Source: Octopus vulgaris
Taxonomy: Eukaryota
Direction: 5' to 3'
DNA length: 64,000 bases
Assembly: GCA_951406725.2 (NCBI GenBank)
Contig: OX597816.1
Location: forward strand, 28,272,001 to 28,336,000
Below the pieces are notes generated by a model. It was given only the letters and a program-made list of their open reading frames with translations, was not told the DNA's origin and did not search any database. The position numbers and the translations under genes were made by a program. Positions within the stretch are counted from its first letter, which is position 1; every line of letters starts with the position of its first letter. This document shows positions 1 through 13,515 of this stretch, one piece after another.

Positions 1-189
1 GCACTAACTACTCACAACCACTGCACCCCTTCCATATATCTGCTGCTAAAGAAACCTATCACTCTGTATAGGATTGGAGCTATTTAGCTAGCAACGATAT
101 TAACCTTTGTATACATGCTTTTTTCTCATCATTTTCTCTCACTACGATACGCTTATAGCTCTGCTTTCCTCAAACTGCATCGCATGTAA

Positions 190-243
<54 letters not shown>

Positions 244-822
244 ATATATGTGTATGTATATATATGTATATACGCATCTATATATATATATGTGTGTGTG
301 TGTCTACATGCACTTAAGCATATTTATATATTTACATATATAATATATATGAATATGTACGTTTGTATGTCATTTTAACTTAGTGTTCTCGATTATTATC
401 AGACATTTTTCTGCGTTGTACTCTTGCAACCCAACCAAACACAACGCAAACATCATACACACTCACAGGCATAAGCTTATATAGAAGCCTAGTGTATAAA
501 GTAACGTTGGTTTTCACGTCCTTATTATTATAGAAATAAATATATGAAATAAATAGAAATAAATATATGTCTTTATGTACATTGTACGTGTTCTTCAGTT
601 TTTCTCTAAAACCAAATGCAACAAATGTACTCTATCATTATCTACATAATTCATTGCACTAACACAAATGCATACATACATGCACATACAAATACTTACA
701 AATATAATCATAATCGTATCTATCTACCTGTCGACTTCTCTCTCTCTCTCTCTCTTTGCACATATCTATATACATATTTAAGTTGCTGTTTCAGCATGGC
801 CACAGTCAAATGACAGAAACAA

Positions 823-911
<89 letters not shown>

Positions 912-914
<3 letters not shown>

Positions 915-1324
915 TGTTATTCTGTTACTTGTTTCAGTCATTTGACTGCGGCCATGCTGGAGCACCGCCTTTAATCGAGCAACTCGACCCTGGGACTTAT
1001 TCTTTTGTAAGCCCAGTACTTATTCTATCGGTCTCTTTTGCCGAACCGCTAAGTAACGGGAACATAAACACACCAGCATCGGTTGTCAAGCAATGCTAGG
1101 CGGACAAACACAGACACACAAACACATACATATATAAATATATAAATATATACATATATACGACAGGCTTCTTTCAGTTTCCCTCTACCAAATCCACTCA
1201 CAAGGCATTGGTCGGCCCGGGGCTATAGCAGAAGACACTTGCCCAAGATGCCACGCAGTGGGACTGAACCCGGAACCATGTGGTTGGTTAGCAAGCTACT
1301 TACCACACAGCCACTCCTGCGCCT
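912..1324 (-). mobile_element. tRNA-derived SINE, family A (near full length)
   Basis: Minus strand starts AGGCGCAGGAGTGGCTGTGTGGTAAG (A-box-like) ... GGTTCAGTCCC (B-box-like). It has an internal (TA)/(TG) tract and ends GCATGGCCGCAGTCAAATGACTGAAACAAGT plus a short repeat tail. Near-identical copies lie at 32197, 39255 and 44407. Confidence 0.9.
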
Positions 1325-1383
<59 letters not shown>

Positions 1384-1385
1384 CG

Positions 1386-1596
1386 TGTCTGGTGAGAGTC
1401 ATTCCCTTTTAGTGCCTTAATAATTAATACACCCAGCGGCTCGATTTCCACTCATTTACACAGTTATGTTTTTCTAAAACTTCCTTTGTGTATTGAAATC
1501 TTTTCAGTTGTCGTTGACGAAAATAAATGAGTGAAATCGATTTGTTGAGTGTGTTAAGTGATAAGGCATTAAAAGAGAATGACTCTCCCTAGACAC
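1386..1596. repeat. Imperfect inverted repeat (~70-bp arms) with a degenerate HHR-like motif; probable PLE terminal-repeat relic
   Basis: GTGTCTGGTGAGAGTCATTCC...TCGATTTCCACTCATTTA (1386-1458) pairs with TAAATGAGTGAAATCGA...GAATGACTCTCCCTAGACAC (1525-1596). TTGACGA...GAAA-TCGA lies at the inner edge. Flanked by (TA)n. Confidence 0.6.
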
Positions 1597-1652
1597 AATG
1601 AAATAGGCTTTCACACACGAATTCCCATAATCATGCAAACCAAATATAAAAA

Positions 1653-1708
<56 letters not shown>

Positions 1709-1711
<3 letters not shown>

Positions 1712-1924
1712 CAATTGCAGCGTGGAAGGTGTTTATAAGCCATTTAAGAAACACACAAAACCGTTAGATTCACTTCAACATTTAAATTTAATTTGTCAAA
1801 ATATTATCGTCGCTTTGGGACCGAGACCTCTTTTGACAAATTAAATTTTAAATGTTGAAGTGAATCTAACGGTTTTGTGTGTTTCTGAATTGGCTTATAA
1901 ACACATTTCACGCTGCGATTGTTT
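1709..1924. repeat. Inverted repeat with ~93-bp arms and a 29-nt loop, within (TA)n
   Basis: 1709-1801 is a near reverse complement of 1831-1924 (e.g. CACACAAAACCGTTAGATTCACTTCAACATTTAAA / TTTAAATGTTGAAGTGAATCTAACGGTTTTGTGTG). Confidence 0.9.
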
Positions 1925-1978
1925 TCGTTCCAACACACGATCTCAGATCAAGTCACTCGCTATGCAAGTACATCTCCG

Positions 1979-2032
<54 letters not shown>

Positions 2033-2675
2033 TAATGAAATCAAAATAGACTCATTAGTATAATTTTAACTAAAATCTCCAAGAATTTAAGGAGATAGAC
2101 AGAGAACATGCTGTCTTCACTTCAGCTTAGAAGCTACTAAGATATCGGGAAGAAAGTAATGGTTTACTAGTGACCTGCATCTTTAAGTGTCAGCTAACAT
2201 CTTGGTTTAAGATTTCCTTTACCAAATCTCTTGATATTGTTTCACATAAATCTTGGTAGTTATTATGACAATATCCGCTATGATTTCTGTCGCCTCTCTC
2301 AGCCTACATCCTAACGGGCATTCCTCCTTGCTCTTTTGGTCTTAGATATAAAAAGATTTGATAAACTAGTCTATAAATTAAAACTGACCTCACAAAAGAG
2401 TGAGAAGCAAAAGATGTAACAAGTATTTCTTCCTGATACCTTAGTAGCCTGTTCTCTGTCTATCGCTTTACCTTCCTGGAGATTGTAGGTAAAATTATAC
2501 TAAGGTGTCCATCTGTTTCCATTGAATTAAATTCTATGCTTTTATGCAGCTGAGGATTGCTTTGAAATTAAATGATTGCATTGTTCAAGTAAAAGGAGTT
2601 GCTTGAAACGATCGTATTGCATTACCTCTGGATATCTTTGTTGCTTATTTTTATTTTCCACACCGCATTTTAAAA

Positions 2676-2737
<62 letters not shown>

Positions 2738-2819
2738 GTATATATGTATATATGTGTATATATATGTATATATATGTATGCATATATATATATACATATA
2801 TATATACATACATACATAC

Positions 2820-2865
<46 letters not shown>

Positions 2866-3094
2866 TATGTTCATATGTGCATCCGAACCCTGGCACACAT
2901 ATAAGTAATTATATTGCAAATATAATTACATACACATATGCCCGTCGTTGTGTGGAGCATGGAAGCGGCAGACGTGATGGTGTAATAACTTCCTGCACGT
3001 ACATTACTGGGATTTCGCCTGGTGAATGGTCAGTAGAGGTCTTTGTCAGTGAAGAATGCAAGGTCATCACCATTATATATGTATGTCATTATTA

Positions 3095-3480
3095 AGTTTT
3101 AATTCTTCCAATAGAGCAGGAGCCGCTTTCTAATCTAGATCCAAGGTTCCTTTAATGCAGTTTCAACAACATCTGCAGAGTGTCCTTGTATATGTATATA
3201 TGCACTGTATTTGGAGTCAGTGCATATGTTGATTGTATGTTTTTGTTTTATGTATGTATTCTCATGCATATAGTTGCATGTGTAAACATGCGCATATATA
3301 CTTACATTATAACTCTCTAGAAAGTTCTACAGATTTTTTTACAGTTCCTCTGATGGCTTGTATTTTTAGTCTTTGAAACAGCTTTCTTCTTTCTGGTTTT
3401 GAGAAGCCTAATTTCTCAAGGGTTCGTACTTAGGCAGTGTGCTACATATTCCAGTATCACAATATTTACAACTATAAACA
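3095..3480 (-). mobile_element. 3' end of a restriction-like-endonuclease (R4/Dong-type) LINE, degenerate
   Basis: Reverse strand reads LEKLGFSKPERRKLFQRLKIQAIRGTVK followed by a 3' UTR. Homologous to 52385-52800. Confidence 0.6.
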
Positions 3481-3660
3481 AGCACTTTTAATATGGATAG
3501 AGTAAGTGTAACTTTCTCAATAGTTCAGTGTAGGTGTTTTCTTTTTTCACTGGCTTTTACCTTTATGTTAACAACCGAATGTATGTATATATGGATCTAT
3601 TTGCATATCCCTATCTATCAATATATATATATATATATATTGATAGATAAATAGAGATAC

Positions 3661-3762
3661 GCAGCTAGAGGATATGTCCTCTTGGGGTTAAAAGATCGCA
3701 TCAGAGTCCTCTCGAAAGGACAGATATGTTAGTTAAAGTGTTAAAGTGGCTACGAATATTAC
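3661..3762 (+). repeat. Dispersed repeat, second copy of 4360-4449
   Basis: CAGCTAGAGGA.ATGTCCTCTTGGGGTTAAAA..TCGCAT.AGAGTCC.CTCGAAAGGACAG...GTGGCTACGAATATTAC is present at both sites. Confidence 0.8.
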
Positions 3763-3853
3763 TTGTCAGTACAACTACTGCCTTGGGCTCTTAGATAAAT
3801 TTTAGAACTAGCATTTTTGCTTGTTGCAAAATCAGCGATTGCGTGTCCGCTTG

Positions 3854-3902
<49 letters not shown>

Positions 3903-4175
3903 TATAAATAAATGAAAGAATGGAGTCGAACGATGATTTAACAAAATTCCTTTATTCTCGACATATGTTTCGAAGACTGCATATTCCTATTTATAAGGAA
4001 TACAACTGCATATTTATTTATAGTAAAAAAAACACCCAAATTTCCACCCGAAAGCACGTGATCTCTGCCCTTGGCATGTAGCTTAAGCCGTGTTTTCTGA
4101 CGTGAATTTGCTACCCGGGTATCGGTTAACCGAATTATCCATACTAAAGATAATTCATTCAACTACTTAAATATT

Positions 4176-4218
<43 letters not shown>

Positions 4219-4220
<2 letters not shown>

Positions 4221-4448
4221 AGCAGACGAGGTGTGCAGTACTGAGGAGTGACAAATTTTGCCCGAAACCAGGAATGTTTTACTGGTCCCATCGCTAGGAG
4301 ATGCTAGGGGTTCGCTCCCCTGCTCGCTATTTTATCGGATGCAGCAATGCATCGTGAACCAGCTAGAGGAGATGTCCTCTTGGGGTTAAAAATTCGCATT
4401 AGAGTCCGCTCGAAAGGACAGCCATGTTAAGGTGGCTACGAATATTAC

Positions 4449-4450
<2 letters not shown>
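4219..4450 (+). mobile_element. PLE-like terminal-repeat fragment with a type I HHR-like motif (4236-4284)
   Basis: cagta-CTGAGGA-gtgacaaattttgccc-GAAA-ccaggaatgttt-tactg. Stem I is cagta/tactg; stem II is imperfect. Bounded by (TA)n on both sides. Confidence 0.55.
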
Positions 4451-4496
<46 letters not shown>

Positions 4497-4513
4497 ATAT
4501 GTATATATATATT

Positions 4514-4710
4514 TAATCCAAACCTGAAAACACAAAGAGAAAACACAACAACGTGAGGATGTGGAACAAATATAGTATTATCGGACGCTCAGGAAAGAAG
4601 GAGGGTTCAACGTCTCGAGCGGAGCTCTTCATCAGAAACATAGGAAAAGGAAAAATCCAAAGAAAGGAAGACGGAGGAAAAAAATCGCCAACGGTACACA
4701 CGCGGTCGTA
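4514..4710 (-). mobile_element. PLE-like terminal-repeat fragment with a minimal HHR (4605-4639)
   Basis: Reverse strand: gttt-CTGATGA-A-GAGC-tcc-GCTC-GAGA-CG-TT-gaac (GAAA mutated to GAGA). Related to the family at 22655, 33385 and 58330. Inside (TA)n. Confidence 0.7.
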
Positions 4711-4718
4711 TATATATG

Positions 4719-4827
<109 letters not shown>

Positions 4828-5479
4828 GTACCCACACGCCAAACTTCACAATCAGATTGGTAGTTAGATGATAAATAGATATAGAGAAAAGGGTATATAT
4901 TAATAGCTTTATATCTACTTTTATTCTTTTCATAGTCTTGATTTAGTGTTATTTACCTGGTAATATTTATTTTTCCAGCGTTGTAATGATAATTTACATA
5001 GCGAATTCCATCATGACAACAAATTTCCCATGTTTTCAATTAAATACATAAATTTTCTCATTGGTGGACTGTTTGCAAATGTCGTTTATTGAATCTCAAT
5101 TTTTCCTTTTTCACTTTTATGAATAATTCTCTAAAATCATATCAAATATTCTCCCAAAGAATATATCTCATTCTTAGATGCTGTGGTAACTGACCGTTAT
5201 ATCAGTATTCTATCTAATCCGGCAACGTAAAAAGTGCCTGCGATGTACTCGAATATAATTAGCTATACCCATTTCTGGTTGAATTTCGTTTGCCTTTTGC
5301 AACTTCTGACTATCAGCAAAACCTTTTCTCGCTAGAAATATCGTCTACATCTTGCTTAAATTACTTCACTACTCCTAAAAACGCTTACAATTAAGGATAT
5401 AGCTCATGTTAGTTTCTTTAGGTCAATTCTCTACTTCTCCGCACTCTGACGTTTTTTGTCTCTTGCGATACTACGGACA

Positions 5480-5748
5480 TCTGATTAGAATGTCAAACCG
5501 ATGAGTCACAAACGGATTCTCCAAACCAGGTCAAGTGGCAGGAGGTCTAGTGGTAGATCAACAACGAGATCTTTGGGTAACATCCATAGTCTTAGCTGGT
5601 CACGCTTGAGAATCCATCCAGATAATCTACTGACGGTTGCTTCTGATAAAATACTATGAAGATGGTGTCTACACGATTCTACTCGTAAGGCCATCATTTT
5701 GAAGAATGGACGAAGTCAGATGGATGGTTTGTAGAAGTCTATGATTCA
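5480..5748 (+). pseudogene. Degenerate 3' end of an RTE-type LINE
   Basis: Translates (with stops and a frameshift) to LIRMSNR*V.KRILQTRSSGRRSSGRSTTRSLGNI...VASDKIL, matching the RTE C-terminal RM...K.IL....G.R..GRP pattern. Ends in GATGGATGG. Confidence 0.55.
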
Positions 5749-6189
5749 AATAAGATCCGTTTGGTTATGGTAAGAAGAAAATAGTTCCGTTCAAATTGTA
5801 AAACAACACCGACAGCAACGAAAACGAAAGCTGCAAACATTTCCTCAATTTGTCCAAAACAAATTTCATGTCTCAGCTGGAAATTTCATGAAATCAACCT
5901 ATCAAAATTTCTCTTCAGTCAGCCACCAATTACTTAATTGTTTTAGTAGATATAGGCGATATCTACTCTTGACCTAAGAGAACGCCGAATACGTTTCAAC
6001 GTGAGGGTGATACTAATTTTAAACTGACTGACTGGGGCTCGTAAACTGAAGTACATTGCTCAAAAGAACAACAGGATTGGCAGCAAAAAGCCATTGAATC
6101 TACGGCTGTATAATCACGAATAGAACGTAGTCTAAGTTTAACAACGTATCCTGTATGATTTTTCTTCCTGTTGGCACAAAGCACGATAA

Positions 6190-6340
6190 ATTGTGGGAGA
6201 CGCTGCTTGATTACAGCAACCCCCTAGTGTTCCATCGGTACTTGATTTATAAACCCCGGAAGGAATTAAAGTTAAAACAGACTCCAACGGAAATTTAACT
6301 AAGGACTTAAAGACGAAAGAAATGCCGCGAAGTAAACACA
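6190..6340 (-). mobile_element. SINE family B, degenerate
   Basis: GGTACTTGATTTATAAACCCCGGAAGGAATTAAAG resembles the family B core GGTACTTAATTTATCGACCCCGAGAGGATGAAAGG. Confidence 0.55.
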
Positions 6341-7142
6341 TTTAATGTAATGTAGAAGTAATATTGGATATGTTTGTGAAATATACCGCATCGTTATATT
6401 GTAGAGTGAAATGATGATGCCAATGCCTTGAGGTTTAAGCGATTGAGTAGATATACTAGGTTACGACTCACATTTCCATTTCAAATATCAGTGATACGTT
6501 TCATGTACGTTATTGTAAATAAGTGTAAGGCAAAAGAAGTATCTGAGTTGCTGCTGAGTAATACGAGTGCATGCGGTTTTCGTTGTTGTTTCTTTAAATT
6601 CTTTTAAGTTCAGATTGCATATTGATGCATTCTTTCACAAGCCCATTACTCCTCAAGGTATTCAGATGTAATTTGCTACAGATACAGCTGTAATGAATAT
6701 CAGTAATACGACCAGTTAAAGACTTCAGCTCATCACTTCTCTTGTGTATTTAACATCTAATCTCTTGCAATGGTTTCTCACCATGTGTTAGACATATATA
6801 CTCAATGGCGATACTATGGAGCAATAGTGATTCGATAGTGACAGGATTATTTAGTAGGCCAATTTATTCGTTAATGTCAGGAGAATCAATTTCGTCATGT
6901 ATATATACACACACATATATCTTTGGATGAAATAATTTATTTGAAGAATTAGATAACGGGCAACCATTTTGTTTTATCTTTTTAAATATAGAATGTTAAT
7001 CTTCGATAAAAGTACAAAGCCACACTCTAATAGTCTTATTGACAAATTAATAAATGAGTACATTTTCGGAATTATCGACTTTCGCTGCTAACATGGCCGC
7101 AGTCAAATGACTGATACAATTAAAGGAATAAAAGGAATAAAA

Positions 7143-7281
<139 letters not shown>

Positions 7282-7295
7282 TGTATGTATGTATG

Positions 7296-7383
<88 letters not shown>

Positions 7384-7849
7384 CACCATGTTTCCTGCAA
7401 CGTAAACACTTCGTAGTGTACCAGGAAATAATTCTTATCTATCTTTTCTTTGTAGAGTTGAACAACCTGTGAAGTTAATGTTTAAAAAATATGGCGTATT
7501 TTTCACTGAAACTTTAATACCTCCGCACATCCATAGCTATTTATAGCACTGTAATGAATGCCGCTTGAGTTTTATTAACATAAAACACCTTGTATGAACT
7601 ACCTGTAGTATTTTCTTGAAATTCAGATTCATGCATTATGTAGAGAAAGGTTCTTCTGAAACGTAATACTGAAAAGAGACATTGCTGCTGGGCGTATTAA
7701 GCCTCGTATGCAATCAACAAGTTAATTAATATCCAAATATCAATGTAATATTTACGATTTAATTCAAACTCCGCTTCTCGACTTGCCAATGGATATTTCA
7801 TTAGTCTTACCTGCAAGTATAGGAAAATATCACATTAGAATATAACAAA

Positions 7850-8350
7850 ACATATATTTATCTGATATATTATTATTGCCAATGGTAACAGATAAATGAA
7901 GTGAACCTTTTGCAAAAAATAAACTAAACTGCTTAATAGACATAGTTATTGTTTGTGATGGCAGAACGAGGAATACTCCATTGGGAGTTTGAAACACAGC
8001 TGAAAACTTGTCCATTTAATCTAAGCAAAACCTGGTCTTCCTGAAAACATATTCTAAGAATTATAACTGCGTAATGTAAACTAAATTCCTATCAGTTTAA
8101 CAATCGTAAATTTGTCGTGCTTTGAGACATTTATTTTCACCTGAACAGATTTGTTTAGCATGATAATAAACTATCTAAGTATTCAATGAAGATTCGTTGC
8201 TGGATTAAACATTGTGTGTGAAAATATGGTCGATTGAATATTCAGCTGGTTTTCTATCATACTTTCCAGTCAAACTTCCGTAACTGTTCAACATTATGTT
8301 TAAAATTATTGTAGAGCATCGAAATAGGCGATGCTTGCTTGAAATATGTA
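7850..8350 (-). pseudogene. Highly degenerate LINE reverse-transcriptase fragment
   Basis: Reverse-strand peptides SIDHIFT, LRLNGQ and FQTPNGV resemble non-LTR RT domains 2-4. Many stops and frameshifts. Confidence 0.4.
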
Positions 8351-8711
8351 AATAAAGAAGTAACTTTATTGCAAGTGACAGTTGAATTTGCATAAAACTT
8401 CAATATAAAACAAAAAATTTGAGTCATTTAGACCTTAAGTATAAAGAAGGAAAAGTCGGACACGATTAATTTCAATGTAATTTGATATTGATAGTAGTTT
8501 GAATTTCAGCTTCAGATTATAAAAAAAAAAAGATTTAAAAAATAGCTAAAAAAACCTAAGGTAACTGGCCTCCCACCGAAACCGAACAATATAATCCAAA
8601 AAAGAATTTATTCCAATTCGACTTCCTACGTATATAATTCTGATGTTCAGTTTTATATATTCTATACTTCCTGCACGTACACAAACACATACACACACAC
8701 ACATACACACA

Positions 8712-8770
<59 letters not shown>

Positions 8771-8886
8771 GTATGTATGTCTGTATATATACATGCATGT
8801 AAATACACGCATATATATGTGTGTATGCGTACTATAGGCGTTTTCTATGCCCAGCTTATCTAGGTCTCACATATTGCCTGTATATA

Positions 8887-8956
<70 letters not shown>

Positions 8957-8970
8957 CATACATACATACA

Positions 8971-9056
<86 letters not shown>

Positions 9057-9482
9057 TATAATACCTGTATAAAGATAGAGAATGAATTCCTTCCCTAAAT
9101 TCACCGGAAAAGGTCTAATATACATATCCATATGATCATTCATTTGTACACCATGGTGCCGTCAATATCAGATGTCCAAGCGCAGATGACCTTTTAGAAA
9201 TCTTCATTTAAAACTTCGCTGACTCTTCCAGCCCAAGTCAGTATCTCGTGTATTTGATCTGTTATGTACAGATCAAATATACATAGCCGAATTACTTTTA
9301 GCTCCTCATTTAGCGTAACAGAGACCAGAATACAAAATGCATCTTACATCTTATGGAATATCACTTTCACGTTCATGGGCAGTATTGATAACTGCACCAA
9401 CGCCGATACCAACACAAGCAGTTCTACGAAATGTATAAGTTATTTGAGATGAAGTGACAACTTTTCACACATCAATTGGTCA

Positions 9483-9880
9483 TCTTTATATATAAAAGTG
9501 AGGTTGTGTGCTGCCTGTCTCCTACGATTTAGATTCCTAACTACTCCCACATTTTGCGGTGCAGTTTAACCAAAACCGGGTATCTTATAGTCGTGACTCA
9601 TATCGAGCCCTTCTGGGTATTAGCGCGCGTCTACGATGAGTCTACGATTAAAAAAAAAATTACCATCAATTTTTCCCATTTTTAATGCATTTTTGGCATA
9701 TATAAGGGAAGTAACTCTCTAAAAATTTATTATTAAATCTCAGAACGTAAAAAGCTACAGTAACACCTCCCCTTCTTTGTGGTTAGCCATATTGAGATGG
9801 CTATTATACTTTACATCTCTAAAAATGCTTATATAGTTATTTCCCTTAGAAACCCGAGCAACGCCGGGCGATACTGCTAG
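9483..9880 (+). mobile_element. Non-autonomous Helitron-like element (~400 bp)
   Basis: Begins TC(TTTATATATAAAA) after an A and ends with hairpin CCCGAGCAACGCCGGG, a 9-nt spacer and CTAG before a T. No TSD. These are the canonical Helitron hallmarks. Confidence 0.8.
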
Positions 9881-10599
9881 TTACTTATAAATCAAGATCT
9901 ACTTCACCCCTTTGCAAAACGCCGCGATATCCATTCTGTTGCCTATATGCTTTAACTTTTTTACGGCAAAGGAGGTGCAGAAACGTGCATTTCTTTAAAA
10001 CAAATATGATTATTACAGACTATTACAGAGAGCAAGTGTTCTTGAAACTCTCGGACGCTAATAATAACATAAAAAAACCCCGACTCTATCAATGGTGAGT
10101 TCTCGTAACGGATACGACTGACGATATTCATCTTAAGGACATTTTGAAATGACAGTGTGTAAACATTTTCCTAGTTTTTTCTCTGATGTCTTTGAGAGAC
10201 TGGTCACCCTTAACATTATTAAAGAAGTCAACCGTTCAATTATTAAAATTTATCGATGATGTTGCTGGAGAGCACTGGAATCATGTGATTTTAAATGATA
10301 GGCAATTAATAATTTGTATATACAATTGCTATTGCTCTTAGTGAACACCGGCGAAAAACCGGTGGTGCACAAGCTAATGAAATTACAAAAGGACAGCAAC
10401 CCTCATGATAAGAGAGCTTTAACAAAATATCAACATCTGGCTCGACATATTTGATGGTTAACGATGAGAACAAAATGAAAGACGACTCACAATTTCACAT
10501 CTCACAAACTACATTTTATAGGAAAATATCAAACACGTCGGTGACCCTTCATATCAAGTTCTTGAGGGAAAGCTGATTAATATAAATTACGAACACAGA

Positions 10600-12500
10600 G
10601 TTCTGAGGAAAATCTTCGTTTGCGTACATAACTTTTTCAGCACACCATTATAACTCAAAATTTTGCTTGAAACCCACGAAAATAATACTGAGTGTTCAAG
10701 GAGGAAAAAAAAAACAAAAACATCGTTATGAAAGCCCGTTCCTGAATCATTCAAGACAAAAAAAGACACTTCCACCAGAATGTATCGTGACTAAATAAAC
10801 ATAGGAATGAATAATATTCCACCTCTAGCATATATAAAATCAATCCTGTCAACCCTGGAACATTTATCATAGTTATAGGCAAACTATATCGTGTGAAGAT
10901 ACCGAGAAGAGATATAAGAGAAAGATGTTGGTACAAGTAACTGGGCTTCTGCATAAAGCCATTAGTGTTTATTTTAAAGAACTATCGAACACCAGATTGA
11001 CATAACGAATAGACATAGATGCATCTTCTAGCCAAGAATGATTTCGTCGTATTGGTATAAATGTACAGGCCGATTTCTTGCATAAACTTTATATACAAGC
11101 TGTACACAGTTTGTCTTCCTCTAGATTCATTGCATGTCCCACAACATACATACTGATGGGTAGGCGGGCGGAAAGAAAGGAGTGTGGGGTTGTGCTGAAC
11201 GATATTTGATAAACAAAAGTGTTATCCGAAGTATGAAAGCCCACAGAAACCTTGTGACAGTGTGGTATCATTATCGGAAAGAATTCAGCTCTATTCTCAT
11301 TCATGTTTGCTGAACATCTGCACTTTGAATACGATTCTGTTACTTTAGTCACTGCCATTTAGAGACTCGTTAAATCCTGGGCATTTATTCTCACACTTAC
11401 ATTTCAGATTGGAACTATCGTCCTCGATGTTATAAATGTAAAAATGGAATATTCGAAGAAGGTACTTCTGCTTATTTTCGCATTAAATCCGTTATCATTT
11501 CGTATATAACCTTTCAATAGCTATATGCTAGGGTTTGAACAGTTGAAGATACCAATGCAACTCATATTTTCGTAGTGAATGCCCTTTGTGTAAGATGTTT
11601 ACAATATTGAACGTAAACGACCAGTCTCCCAAATCACAAACTGCGCATTGGGATTCTCCCTATTTCTCTTGTTTCTTTAGACATTGATGAAAATTTATCA
11701 TACCATTGTGATGAGGACAACAATAGAGTGATCCGAGAATAATACATCAAACTTAGAAAAATAAACCAGTCGGCGCTTTCCTCTTACAACAAGATAATAT
11801 CCAACAAGATATTTGCAGAAGCAGTACTAATAACAACATTCGGTATATTTAACTAGTCTGTAGAGAAATTCACTCCGTCACGTTAGGCATTAAAACTCGT
11901 TAGATCCTGACATTCAGTGGCAACTGCGTCAAAAACAGTGATATATCATCTGTCAGATAGCAGTTGCTAAACAACAGCAATTAAAATTTAAATGATACTG
12001 AAAAGGAAAGAGAATAACATACTGCGGATACCTCAAGATGTTCTTTATTTCCTGATAACCTCTCATATAACCCACAAATTGCAGAACAAATATACTTTAA
12101 ATGTGACATGCATGGGAAATTCTCAGCATGGAAAAATCAAAACAAAATAAAACAAAAAGCAAAGACAAAACAAAAACTGCAATCATATTTTCTCAAGATG
12201 GCAATAATATTGACATGAAGTGTTGCCTTTCTTGGAATCGCGACCGCTACTTACCGAAATCCAACAACATATGATTGCTACAAAATACCTCATAAACAAA
12301 AGAATAAAAACATTGATGTCCTTGGAGATTGAAAAGGCAACCAAAATTGTCGATTACGATACATTTATGCTTCAATATAAATGTGCTTAGCAGCCCCAAA
12401 ACGTCATCAATGTATCACCTTCCAGTGTCACTTGTTGGTGTTCCGACAACAATAAACTAAAAGAAAAACTATACTGGTATAAATATATTGAATTTACCTG
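10600..12500 (+). pseudogene. Old R4/Dong-like non-LTR retrotransposon (RT to zinc-knuckle region), decayed
   Basis: 11460-11930 reads LLIFALNPLSF...THIFVVNAL (YADD-box equivalent)...DIDENLSY...LRKINQSALSSYNKIISNKIFAEAVLITTFGIFN*...IKTR*ILTFSGN. ~12200-12400 reads LSWNRDRY..EIQQHMIATKYLINKR..NCRL. Boundaries are approximate. Confidence 0.65.
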
Positions 12501-12744
12501 TTAGTGAAAGCATTCATAAATGTCGACACAAGGGATATTAGTAGGAAATTACCAATAAAACTTATACGAAGCACAAATAGAACAAGCTGGATGTCGCTAC
12601 GTGGAGCAGACAAGAAATGTACGTACAGTTATAAAGCTTACTTGTCATTCTGTTGTGAATATTGCCTCAAATATTTAAGAGAAAGTATATAAATATAGGC
12701 AAATGTTTTGAAACCCTCATCGTCCAGAAGATAAATTGGTTATA

Positions 12745-12910
12745 AAATTTGGCACAAGCCCATCAATTTCGGGGAAGACGATAACATCGACCCCAGTACT
12801 CAATCGGTACTTATTTTTATAGACACTGAAATTATGAAAGGCAAATTGAGGACGGACGAAATGTTACTCAGCGTTTTTCCCCGGCATGCTAATGATTCGG
12901 TCAACTCGCC
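12745..12910 (-). mobile_element. SINE family B, degenerate
   Basis: ATCGACCCCAGTACTCAATCGGTACTTATTTT...ATGAAAGGCAAA...GCATGCTAATGATTCGGTCAACTCGCC matches 14065-14460. Confidence 0.7.
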
Positions 12911-13117
12911 AATTATAAACTTGCATGAATATATCGGTTCACTTAGTGACGTTAGTATATGCATATATCACAATCTGGATAAGAAAAGAAACCAAGCACG
13001 CTAATACGCACATTGAAAGTACACAACGAAAGTGGGACAGTAAGAATGCAATAACTTCCACATGTCTAAAATGTGAAACTGATTTCCTTATGTATAAATC
13101 AACGCCGAACCGCTTCC

Positions 13118-13118
13118 A

Positions 13119-13184
<66 letters not shown>

Positions 13185-13221
13185 CATACATATAAGCATA
13201 TATATACATATATATATATAC

Positions 13222-13286
<65 letters not shown>

Positions 13287-13303
13287 CATTTATATGCATA
13301 TAT

Positions 13304-13362
<59 letters not shown>

Positions 13363-13363
13363 C

Positions 13364-13395
<32 letters not shown>

Positions 13396-13458
13396 ATATA
13401 TATATATGCATATATATGTATATATATATACACACATATATATATGCATATATATATG

Positions 13459-13493
<35 letters not shown>

Positions 13494-13515
13494 ATACATT
13501 TGTATGTGCGTGTGT
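13118..13515. repeat. Large degenerate (TA)n/(TACA)n microsatellite block
   Basis: Direct reading. It is the source of the spurious YIYI ORFs here. Similar blocks occur at 2677-2862, 7145-7381, 8880-9062, 41870-42291 and 57280-57632. Confidence 0.95.

Noticed and set aside
40-92. HHR-like layout CTAAAGA-CCTAT/ATAGG (similar weak cases at 3005-3050 minus strand and 31222-31266)
   Set aside because: There are too many core mismatches or stem I is missing; these are possibly relics but cannot be supported individually.
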